Positions 30,581-39,486 of a DNA stretch of 64,000 nucleotides are shown in pieces. Position numbers and translations under genes: made by a program. Source of the stretch: Candidatus Hermodarchaeota archaeon (GTDB lineage: Archaea; Asgardarchaeota; Lokiarchaeia; Sigyniarchaeales; SOKP01); contig JBHLLP010000003.1 in NCBI GenBank assembly GCA_048885525.1, positions 64,001-128,000 on the forward strand, read 5' to 3'. The notes under the pieces are model-generated. The model was not told where the DNA came from. It searched no databases and saw only the letters and a list, made by a program, of their open reading frames with translations. The number at the start of each line of letters is the position of its first letter. The stretch's first letter is position 1.

Positions 30581-32563
30581 TTAGATTAAGCATTCACTTA
30601 AAGAAATTGTACCTATTTTCGAATGAAATAACGTTTGTATAAATTTTTGAAACGACATTTCTTTTGGTTTTTTTTCAATAAATAAAGTCCCACCATTAAA
30701 AATTTCATCAAATTTTTTGATTAAAGTAATTCTTCTAAGCAGGGAAAGATTTGATTCTCTTCTGATTATCCTTGTGGAATATGCATTAATCTTTGGATTA
30801 GTTTTTACCATATTATTATACCAACAGTCCTTTAAATAGGTATCTTTATGAGGTTGACTTAGGATATAATTACTATTCTCAGCTTGATTTTTCTCATCGA
30901 TAATTTTTCTCATTAAAATTAAGATTTTTAATGCGAAATCTTCGCTATTTTCTGTTCTGTCAAGTTCTATTCCACAATGGTTTAAAATTGCTTCATTTAA
31001 ACCAAAAAAGCTAATGGATTTTATTGCATCTTTAAATATTTCAATCGAACTTTTGTTATAAATCCTTGTAGCTATGGATTCCCATTGTTTAAGAGAATTT
31101 AATTTCTTTTGTACCAATGACTCCTTAAATTTAAACAATTCGAATACAGAGTTTAATTTATGTTGTAATAGATCGAAAAATAAATCGTCATTTTGCTTTG
31201 CTTCTACTGAAATCAAGTGTAAATTAACTAAAATCTTATCTAAAATAACTATATCATTCTTGGGATTTTGTATCTGAATTAGAGATGAATTTAATAGACT
31301 AGAATAATCCTTATTGTAAATAATTAGCTGATCTTTATTATCATTACTGAGAAGATTTTTTATGATAAAGCTACTCAAATCTGATGAAAAAATTTTAGAA
31401 CACTCAAAAATAAGTAGTGGTTTTATGTGATTATTCTTCTGTTTTTTTAAAGAATTAAGAAAAATTTTATCTAATTTAATTTGATTTAAAAATTCCTCTG
31501 ATGATTTTTCATTGTAATTAAACTCTAATGATAAATGTGATTTACCATCATTATAGAGGGTATTAAATACGAGAATTTGAGAAGTAAAGAAATTATAATT
31601 GGATGATTGTATTTCTGGGAATTCTAAATAAGGAATAAATTGAGTATTAAAATCACTCAGAAGTAAATCCTCAGAATAAAACTGTTTTAATTTTTGTAGT
31701 AAATCTAAAAAATTCATGATTAAACTTGTATATTCTGTAGCATTTTTAATTCTCTGTGGCTCATTTGAATAAATTTTTGAAAGATAATTAATCAAGGTTT
31801 TTGAATTTATATACAAACTTAATGGTCTTAAACCCCAGTAATTTAAATGAAGTAAAGCAATTTCTCCCGTTAAATATAAATCTGCCAGGTTTTTTGGTAA
31901 GAGGTTTAAAAGTAAAAATTGCTCTGAAACGTCAGAACCTAATTTTTTAATAAATTCTTCTGGAGTAATCTCAGAATTTTTCGAATTAAATAGTTTAAAT
32001 GCTTCAAATGGAGGAGTTCCTAGCCGAGTTAATTTGTGTCTTACTTCTTCTAAACCATTCTCTAATAGTATTGCATTTATATACTCCCGCATTAATGGTG
32101 CAGTCATATATTCTATATTTGTTCTAGATAAACGCTCTTCTACCTCATGAGCTATTTGCTTTGCTAAATAACGCTCCAATTCACCCTCTCTCACTAAATA
32201 TTCCTCAATTTTTTTTATATCGAATACTTCTTTAGAGTATTTTGAAGTTCGGATCATCAGCGCCTTATTTTTTTTATTTAAAATTTGCTCAATAGATAAA
32301 ATCCTCTCGATAATTTGCTCTCCTAAATATGTAATTGAATATCCATCTTCTAATGATATAATTAAATCACTTTTCTTTAACGTGTTTAAATGGAAAGATA
32401 AGTTGCCAGAACTAAGATCAGTTCCAAAAATCTCTTTTTGAAGCTTTGAAAACGATAACGGAGTAGAACTATATTTTAATTTTTTTAAAATATCAACCCT
32501 TACCTTTTGACTCAGTGCTTTTAGTTGCTTTTCTAATATATTTTGATTTTTGTCGGTGTCCAA
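30581..32563 (-). CDS. ArsR-type wHTH + ATP-cone + degenerate class III ribonucleotide reductase (NrdD)-like protein
   Basis: KALS...RVDIL..L...SGNLSFHLNTL (ArsR); IRTS...FD..KI...TAPLMREYINAILLENG.EEVR...TRLG (archaeal NrdD ATP-cone); NrdD-like LLP...AD..LTGEI, GLNEA, NGG. Confidence 0.78.
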   Translation of the reverse strand: MDTDKNQNILEKQLKALSQKVRVDILKKLKYSSTPLSFSKLQKEIFGTDLSSGNLSFHLNTLKKSDLIISLEDGYSITYLGEQIIERILSIEQILNKKNKALMIRTSKYSKEVFDIKKIEEYLVREGELERYLAKQIAHEVEERLSRTNIEYMTAPLMREYINAILLENGLEEVRHKLTRLGTPPFEAFKLFNSKNSEITPEEFIKKLGSDVSEQFLLLNLLPKNLADLYLTGEIALLHLNYWGLRPLSLYINSKTLINYLSKIYSNEPQRIKNATEYTSLIMNFLDLLQKLKQFYSEDLLLSDFNTQFIPYLEFPEIQSSNYNFFTSQILVFNTLYNDGKSHLSLEFNYNEKSSEEFLNQIKLDKIFLNSLKKQKNNHIKPLLIFECSKIFSSDLSSFIIKNLLSNDNKDQLIIYNKDYSSLLNSSLIQIQNPKNDIVILDKILVNLHLISVEAKQNDDLFFDLLQHKLNSVFELFKFKESLVQKKLNSLKQWESIATRIYNKSSIEIFKDAIKSISFFGLNEAILNHCGIELDRTENSEDFALKILILMRKIIDEKNQAENSNYILSQPHKDTYLKDCWYNNMVKTNPKINAYSTRIIRRESNLSLLRRITLIKKFDEIFNGGTLFIEKKPKEMSFQKFIQTLFHSKIGTISLSECLI

Positions 32564-32832
32564 TTTAATTATTGACCCTGTTCTATTTCTTTAATTCTGT
32601 TTAACTAAATTATATGATTAATAGTTATATAAAAATTTAGGAATCTCCTAGCCGGTTGATGAATAAGGATAATATGTAGGTGATATCAGACCAAAATTTT
32701 AAAGAAACAATTTCATGATAAATCTTTTTTTTTAGAAATTAAAAATTGGACTACAATTTAATTTAATAAAAAAGAAATAAATATTTTTTATATTAGATAT
32801 TTAATTTTAAAATCAAGTAAAATGGTAATTTA

Positions 32833-33507
32833 ATGGCATGGAATGAAATAAAAAAAAAGTTAAGAATTGGAACTATTGGATTATGGGTTATTTTTGGATT
32901 AACTACCATCGTAATGGTAGCTCTTGTATTAGGAGATGTTTTTTCGTATGATGAGATTTGGATCCCGATAATTCCTATTGGCACTTTATTAGTATTAGCT
33001 ATTGCAACCACAATTGTGGATATTAAGTCTGAAAGGAAGATTAAAATCGGGATTGTTGGAATATGGACCATATTTGCATTAACTCTTATTGTATTCGCTG
33101 CGCTTATAATAGGTAAAGTTTTTCAACCCAGTGAATATTGGATACCTTTGATCCCTGTCGGAAGTTTGCTTATTTTGGCTATAGTTCCCACAATCTTAGA
33201 ATATACATCTGGAGATGTAAGATTTTGTCCTAAATGTGGAAAAATATATGCAAGAAAAGGTGGTTTTTGCCAAGAATGTGGTACAAGAATCCTTATAACT
33301 TGTCCTTCTTGTGGCACCAAAGTAAAGGGAAATCCTAAATTTTGTGTTAAATGTGGATCTAATTTAAGTGAGATGGAGATCATACAGACTCCTATATCCC
33401 AGTTTAAATTTAAAGCTGAAGGATATTCAGAAGTATGTAAACAGTGTGGAGCCCCAGCTAAACCAGATGCTAAGTATTGTGTATTTTGTGGATTTCAATT
33501 GTCTTAG
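32833..33507 (+). CDS. Membrane protein with two TM-hairpin repeats and C-terminal zinc ribbons
   Basis: Four TM helices in two similar repeats; six CxxC pairs (three zinc ribbons). Confidence 0.8.
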   Translation: MAWNEIKKKLRIGTIGLWVIFGLTTIVMVALVLGDVFSYDEIWIPIIPIGTLLVLAIATTIVDIKSERKIKIGIVGIWTIFALTLIVFAALIIGKVFQPSEYWIPLIPVGSLLILAIVPTILEYTSGDVRFCPKCGKIYARKGGFCQECGTRILITCPSCGTKVKGNPKFCVKCGSNLSEMEIIQTPISQFKFKAEGYSEVCKQCGAPAKPDAKYCVFCGFQLS

Positions 33508-33705
33508 TTCATCTATAATACAATTTAATTCAATATACAATCATTCTGGTATGACAGAAATACCTTTATAATGAAATTGTTTTCATTTTTTTATTTTTGG
33601 ACTTATAAGAATTGGACTCCTAATATTATAAATAATTATGAATTTGGTAGAAATTTATAAAAACTATTTTTCAATTAACTATAAAAAAAAAGGTATGATT
33701 TAAAT

Positions 33706-35469
33706 ATGAAAGATATTGAACAAATTGAAGAGCCTTACTTAATAGATACAAGTAAAGAGACTTTAAAAGAAGAAAAAGAATGGTTTTTTCAAATAGACTT
33801 TTTAAAAGTAGTAATGATTTTTTTAGTTATTTTTGATCATATGGTCCATTGGAACATTAAAAGTGAAATCGGTGTTACTCTATGGGAAAGAATCTCAATT
33901 CCTGTTTTTCTTGTAATTATGGGTTTTAATATGGGGAAATCATTTCAACAAGATGGTGATTTATCATTAAAGGAATTATATTCTTGGGGTTACTTTAAAC
34001 ACAAGATTTTGCGGTATATTTTACCATTTCTAGTTTTATATGCAGCATCAACCTTTATAGGGTTGTTTATGTATGGATTTAATCTCTCAAATATGTGGTA
34101 TGGGCAATTTTATCCAAATCATGGATTTATCCACTTGTTCATAGGATTCTTACCATTTTGGGGTCCTGGGAATTGGTTTATTCCTCTGCTCTTCCAATCT
34201 ATCTTAATCTTACCTTTACTCTACTGGGCATTTAGAAAAAAGCCAGTTTTAACATTAATTATATGTTTTGTTGTAGAGGTAGCATTACAATTAATGATAT
34301 TCTTCACAATTGGAAATATTGGATCTTATGAAGAATATCATATTCTCTATTTAATTATAACAAGTGCTTTATTTTATCTTCCCAGTATCGGTTTGGGGAT
34401 GTGGTTTTCTTTTGACCATGATTTAAAATCTAAACGAAATGTTTTTATGTGGATTTTATTTCCAATAAGTTTAGCATTTATAATAATGTATCAATTCTTT
34501 GGTTATAGAATACGGATTGATGGAGTACTACTTTTAAGAGGAGATTATCATTTCTTAATTATTCCATATTCTGCGTTTTTATTTTTGCTAGCATTGAGAT
34601 TCTTGCCTCAAAAATCAGAACAACCGATTTCGAGAGCTATTACCTTAATTGGAAAATCAACATATCATATTTTACTTACACAAATACTAGGTTATGGAAT
34701 GATTTTCGCTTTTTGGGGTACTCATTATATAATAGATATTGGGTTTCAACCCGATCAGGCACTAGATTTGATCATCGCTTGGATTTTGTTTATTTCATTT
34801 GGTGTCATGTGGTATAAAATAGACCAACAAAAGAGTGTTTTAAGGCGTGTTCTCTCCTATTTTAACCTATTTATAGTGTTTTCGTCAATCTTGTTTTTGA
34901 CATTTTGGGCTCAAGAATTATGGATCCCAATACCGCTAGTAATCATTATAATTTATGGAATTGCTGCTTTTATAACTAATTTTATTATTCAAAAACCACT
35001 TAATACAAAGATTCTGGCTTTTTGGACACAATTTGTATTGATTACGTTTATAATGATGGTTCTTCAAGTCGAAGTCATGCATCCTAGTGAGTTTTGGATT
35101 TCATTTATATTCATAATTGGATCGTTTATTGTAGCACTTATAGGCACTATTTTAGATACCATGAGAATTAGAGAATTGTTTTGGGGATTTTTCTTTCTAC
35201 TTTCAGCTTTTTTTATCCTATTCATATCTATTTATAAATTTTCTGTTTATATGGCGCACATTTATATATTATTATTCGAAGTTTGGGAATATGTTACAAT
35301 AATCGGATCAGTAATCATCGCGTTAGTGGCATTTAAGGCAACGGTTAATAGTTTTTATTTTTCGGATATAAAACCCATAAAATGGTACATTAAAGTTATC
35401 GTCATAGGTGCTGTGATATATAGTATGTATAACATTTCTTTAATATTTGAAATTCTTTCAAGATGGTAA
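33706..35469 (+). CDS. Acyltransferase-3 (OafA-like) family membrane protein with extra C-terminal TM helices
   Basis: IDFLK...IFLVIFDH, IPVFLVIMG, GNWFI, IGKSTYHILLTQ. Confidence 0.78.
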   Translation: MKDIEQIEEPYLIDTSKETLKEEKEWFFQIDFLKVVMIFLVIFDHMVHWNIKSEIGVTLWERISIPVFLVIMGFNMGKSFQQDGDLSLKELYSWGYFKHKILRYILPFLVLYAASTFIGLFMYGFNLSNMWYGQFYPNHGFIHLFIGFLPFWGPGNWFIPLLFQSILILPLLYWAFRKKPVLTLIICFVVEVALQLMIFFTIGNIGSYEEYHILYLIITSALFYLPSIGLGMWFSFDHDLKSKRNVFMWILFPISLAFIIMYQFFGYRIRIDGVLLLRGDYHFLIIPYSAFLFLLALRFLPQKSEQPISRAITLIGKSTYHILLTQILGYGMIFAFWGTHYIIDIGFQPDQALDLIIAWILFISFGVMWYKIDQQKSVLRRVLSYFNLFIVFSSILFLTFWAQELWIPIPLVIIIIYGIAAFITNFIIQKPLNTKILAFWTQFVLITFIMMVLQVEVMHPSEFWISFIFIIGSFIVALIGTILDTMRIRELFWGFFFLLSAFFILFISIYKFSVYMAHIYILLFEVWEYVTIIGSVIIALVAFKATVNSFYFSDIKPIKWYIKVIVIGAVIYSMYNISLIFEILSRW

Positions 35470-35600
35470 AGCAATTCTCCTCAAAATTTTTTTTTCTATT
35501 TTAACTTTTTAAAAAAGTAAGTTATTAATAATAGATGAGCCTTTACTAAAAAAAAAGAATTTTAAGCTTGTTTTAAGATCAGTAATAAATTTAATTGAAA

Positions 35601-35741
35601 TTAATTGATCTTCTGTCTTATTTCATTATTTTTAATTTCTAGATTTAATTCTTTAAATTTTGCTTTGTAATATTCTTTTGGATTCATTTCTCTCAAATCT
35701 TCCTTTTTAACTAACCAATCCTGTTTTTTTAGCGCCTTTAT
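35601..35741 (-). CDS. Putative 46-aa small protein with ATA start
   Basis: AAGGAGGT Shine-Dalgarno (35757-35750), then ATA ATA AAG GCG...: (M)KALKKQDWLVKKEDLREMNPKEYYKAKFKELNLEIKNNEIRQKIN*. Confidence 0.45.
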   Translation of the reverse strand: MKALKKQDWLVKKEDLREMNPKEYYKAKFKELNLEIKNNEIRQKIN

Positions 35742-36005
35742 TATTGATTACCTCCTTAATTTAGCGATTAAGAGCAAGGGCGAATGATATGTAAATAAGC
35801 TTGTGATATATATCCTTATATAATCAAAGTTAATTTATACTATTAAAAGGAAAATGGTAAACTTTTGAAGTATAAGTACATCGAAATGCATTTGATAAAA
35901 AAGATCGAAACCAATCTTAAAGAATAAATGAATAACTAGTTCCAACTATCAAAAGGTATAACTTATTTTTATAAAAAGTGATTTTTTAAAAAGGTGTTTA
36001 TAGAA

Positions 36006-36623
36006 TTATCGCGCTGAGACAGCAATCCTTTCAATTTCATCTTTACGTTTAACTGCTCTAGATTCCTGACTGTTATTTGCTGCTAGCATTAATTCTTGTG
36101 CTAAGTTTTCTTCAAACATCTTTTCATTAGCATGTGAACGAGCGCCAATAGCTTGAACGAGATATTTGATAGCTAAGTCAACTCGTCGCTGTGGAGCGAT
36201 ATCAACAGCAGAAGCGTATGAAATACCCCCCATTGCAATCTTTGTCGTTTCTTCTCTAGGAGCGGAATTGCAGATCGCATCTACTAAAACTTGGATAGGA
36301 TTTTCCCCTGTGACTAATTCTATTAGTGTAAAAGCATTTTTTAAACTTCTTAGAAGTTTGCTTTTTTTACCAGAATGATAAGAACTTTTGTGTCCTTTAA
36401 TTTTACTACCAATAAAACCAGGAGAGAGTAATCTATTTGAAAATCGTTCAATAATAGAGACCTTGGAGGACTTCCAGAATCTTTTATGCTCATGCCTACC
36501 GGCAGAATAGGGAACGATAATAGGTTTCAGATTAATATAATTTTCAAGTGTATTATCCGATACATTAATATCTGTAAAAGCCCATTTATTGAAAAGTCTA
36601 ATTTCTTTCTTTGTTTTACTCAT
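36006..36623 (-). CDS. rps7: Ribosomal protein S7
   Basis: LFNKW, SIIERF.N.L, GENPIQVLV.AI.NSAPREE, AVDIAPQRRVD, ERIAVSAR. Confidence 0.97.
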   Translation of the reverse strand: MSKTKKEIRLFNKWAFTDINVSDNTLENYINLKPIIVPYSAGRHEHKRFWKSSKVSIIERFSNRLLSPGFIGSKIKGHKSSYHSGKKSKLLRSLKNAFTLIELVTGENPIQVLVDAICNSAPREETTKIAMGGISYASAVDIAPQRRVDLAIKYLVQAIGARSHANEKMFEENLAQELMLAANNSQESRAVKRKDEIERIAVSAR

Positions 36624-36637
36624 AAACTATAACCTCT

Positions 36638-37081
36638 TTAGCGGAGCGGCTTTTCTTTCTTTCCTGTTAATAACGCTTCTAGTGAAACACCATTTACTTT
36701 TACAACTTTATACCTTACACCGGGGAGATCCCCGATACTTCTCCCTTTTGCTCCTCCAATTCCTTCAATAAGAACTCGATCATGCTCTTCTATGAAATTA
36801 AGGGCTCCATCCCCTGGAAGGAAAGCAGTTACTCCTTTTCCATTCTTTTTCAATTGGACTCTTACACACTTACGGATTGCAGAGTTAGGCTGTTTACTTT
36901 CTCGACCAACTTTTTGAAGAACTATTCCTAGAGCTTGACAGGATCCTTCAAGCGGATCTACTCGCTTTTTCAGTTGAATTTTTCTTCTTTTATACTTTGT
37001 TTTAGACCATCGAAATTTCTTTCGGTTGGTTTGAAGCTTTCTAGCTGCATAGAGTCCTTTTGGGCTGCCTATATCTAACAC
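36638..37081 (-). CDS. rps12: Ribosomal protein S12 (uS12); real start possibly ATA at 37072
   Basis: [38 protein letters not shown]. Confidence 0.97.
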   Translation of the reverse strand: MLDIGSPKGLYAARKLQTNRKKFRWSKTKYKRRKIQLKKRVDPLEGSCQALGIVLQKVGRESKQPNSAIRKCVRVQLKKNGKGVTAFLPGDGALNFIEEHDRVLIEGIGGAKGRSIGDLPGVRYKVVKVNGVSLEALLTGKKEKPLR

Positions 37082-37179
37082 CTATTAATAATTAATTGAC
37101 AAAACTTTAGTAGTAGAAAAAATGATTCTTTAAACTTAAAATTTTTGTATATTATGAAAAATTTATACTATTGAATAGG

Positions 37180-38436
37180 TTATTCTACTCTTAGATCAAG
37201 ACTTCTTATTGCATTATAACAAATATCTATGCATCCATTTAGATTGTCTGCAGAACATAAATCGGGAATATCTTTTTTAGAATGTACGTATTTTGAATCA
37301 TTATTTGACAAAAAGCAACTTACTTGAAAACCATTTTTCTCTGCTTTTTTTGTGAGAGTGTGAAAAATTAAATAATCACTTCCTGTTCCGAGTACCATTT
37401 TTGGACTTTCAAAAACCATTTTCTGTTGTGTATCTGAGGCTTTTAAGACGTCATTCAGATTATCATTTAATTTTTTTTTCTTAAATAATCCCGTCTCCTC
37501 AATTAATCCTATATAAGTACCTACCTTATCTATATTGATATTGTATGAGTTGTTTAAATCGTAATCATAATCTAATTCTTCAAAATGTTTAGAAAAGTAT
37601 TGTTTTGTCCCCCATATTCCCATTTCCTCTGCTCCACTCCATAAAAAGATTACATCTGTTTTTTCAAGAGGATATTGTTTGATTAATTTCGCTAGTTCTA
37701 ATAGAATTGCTACACCAGAGGCATTATCTATTGACCCTATGGAATCATTAGTCTTTTTCCTAAAAAAATTTATAAAAATTTCTGTAAGTAAAATAATTCC
37801 AATTATTAGGGATAGATTTCTTATCCATACGTATATGATATTAATATCAATTGCTGTAAACAATGCTAAAATTGACCAAAAGGAAAGAATTAAGTTTGTA
37901 AGTAGAGAAATGATAAGAAATAAAACCATTGAAAGGTATAAAGGTTTCATAACTTTGTATGGAAGATTTGATGAAACTGAATCATGATGAGCTGAAAATA
38001 TGATAACAGGTCTTTTTGGATATAAATCTTTTGCTTGAATTGTTAATATGACATTTTTTGATGTTCGTTTCTTTCCTAAAAATATAATTTTAGAATATTC
38101 AAAAGCATATTTCCCTCCGAAAATTAATGTTAGAAAAAATAGACCATAAAGAGGAAGTATTATCCAAATAAAAGTTGGGTATAATAATAATATCTCAATA
38201 ATTATATTAACAGTAAATATCGATAAAAAAAACAATTTCCTTAATTTGCTTGATGTTTTTGTCCATTCAAAAGACTCTAATTTTGCATCAAGATTCTTTT
38301 TATCTAGTTCTTTTAGGATATAATTTATTGTTTTTGTTTCACCATCAGTTGCAGCATAACGTTTAAATCCTAGCGATTTAACATGATTAATAGCAGCGCG
38401 CTCGTCATATAGATTCAATTTTGAAATAGTAATCAC
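37180..38436 (-). CDS. Membrane-anchored M28 family zinc metallopeptidase
   Basis: SAHHDS, GSIDNASG, GAEEMG, NID, SD, VHS..D; two TM hairpin insertions. Confidence 0.85.
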   Translation of the reverse strand: MITISKLNLYDERAAINHVKSLGFKRYAATDGETKTINYILKELDKKNLDAKLESFEWTKTSSKLRKLFFLSIFTVNIIIEILLLYPTFIWIILPLYGLFFLTLIFGGKYAFEYSKIIFLGKKRTSKNVILTIQAKDLYPKRPVIIFSAHHDSVSSNLPYKVMKPLYLSMVLFLIISLLTNLILSFWSILALFTAIDINIIYVWIRNLSLIIGIILLTEIFINFFRKKTNDSIGSIDNASGVAILLELAKLIKQYPLEKTDVIFLWSGAEEMGIWGTKQYFSKHFEELDYDYDLNNSYNINIDKVGTYIGLIEETGLFKKKKLNDNLNDVLKASDTQQKMVFESPKMVLGTGSDYLIFHTLTKKAEKNGFQVSCFLSNNDSKYVHSKKDIPDLCSADNLNGCIDICYNAIRSLDLRVE

Positions 38437-38499
38437 ATTAAATTGTTACTTTATGATTAAATTATTCGCAATTATTAAGTATAATTTAGTTAATAAAAA

Positions 38500-38976
38500 T
38501 CAGATATTTTTCGTGTTGATAATTACATTATCAACCTCATAATATCGTAATACTAATTCCTTAATTTTTCTTATCATTGATCCATCTTTGCCGATAGCTT
38601 TTCCACGGTCTTGAGGTCGTACTGTTATAATCACTGTTTTCTTTAGATTTCTACTCTCTTTAATTTCGATATTTTGAACCATTATTGAATTTTTTGTAGT
38701 TTGCAATATATTTTGAATGAACTGATTTAAGTTCTCGGAGAATGCAATAACATCTATTTTTTTTTGGAGCTTTGATTTTAAATCTTTAACATGTTCGCCA
38801 GCTTTTCCAATTGCTTTCCCTACGTCTTCTTCTTTTACTAAAAAAATAATAATTTCAGAGCCATTATCAGGTGATTTAAAAATCAAACAATCTTTTATAA
38901 TAGCTCCAGATATATTATTAAATAGCGAAATAAGTTCCATTGCTTCCCGATCAATCTTAATATTCTTTTTTAACAT
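38500..38976 (-). CDS. nusA: Archaeal NusA (two KH domains)
   Basis: VGKAIGKAG and RGKAIGKDG GxxG loops; downstream of rpl30e. Confidence 0.93.
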   Translation of the reverse strand: MLKKNIKIDREAMELISLFNNISGAIIKDCLIFKSPDNGSEIIIFLVKEEDVGKAIGKAGEHVKDLKSKLQKKIDVIAFSENLNQFIQNILQTTKNSIMVQNIEIKESRNLKKTVIITVRPQDRGKAIGKDGSMIRKIKELVLRYYEVDNVIINTKNI

Positions 38977-39004
38977 GCAAAAATCGCGTTATAAATTGTT
39001 AAAA

Positions 39005-39379
39005 TCATTTAGTTTTTAAGGTTATCAAATCTGAATCTCCAAAATCAATTATACCTATAATAGAAATCATGTAAGGCTTAGCGCAAGCCAGCCCTAAATC
39101 CCAACTTGAACCTTTGTATTTATAGATAAAAATTTGATCTTTTAAAAGAGAATTATAATAATTTAATTGATTCATTAATTCTTCAGGGCAATTATAACTT
39201 ACTATAAGCATTTTAAAGGGATTTTCTCTTTTTAATCTCTTCAGAACTTGATTTTTACCATAAACTATTTTACCAGTTTTGTATACAACTCTAAGATTGG
39301 TGTCAATATCAAATTCCTTAGTTTTTTTCCTACTTAGATCAACTTTCTCTGTTACAGTTTTACTTTTTCCCTTTGCCAT
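39005..39379 (-). CDS. rpl30e: Ribosomal protein L30e
   Basis: KTGKIVYG, NCP, YKGSSWDLGLACAKPY, D.GDSD. Confidence 0.92.
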   Translation of the reverse strand: MAKGKSKTVTEKVDLSRKKTKEFDIDTNLRVVYKTGKIVYGKNQVLKRLKRENPFKMLIVSYNCPEELMNQLNYYNSLLKDQIFIYKYKGSSWDLGLACAKPYMISIIGIIDFGDSDLITLKTK

Positions 39380-39486
39380 AGTATTATCAATCAGTATCTA
39401 TATATTAAGTTATAAGAATAATACTTTTTTAATTTTTTTTTAGGCACAATTTTGTTATTTGATCCTAATTAAAATTTTTCGATTAT

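Noticed and set aside
30581-32563. Annotation as a functional anaerobic ribonucleotide reductase (nrdD)
   Set aside because: No glycyl-radical loop, C-terminal zinc site or expected catalytic Cys visible, and no activase nearby
32650-32692. Possible C/D box sRNA (TGATGA present)
   Set aside because: No properly spaced CTGA D/D' boxes
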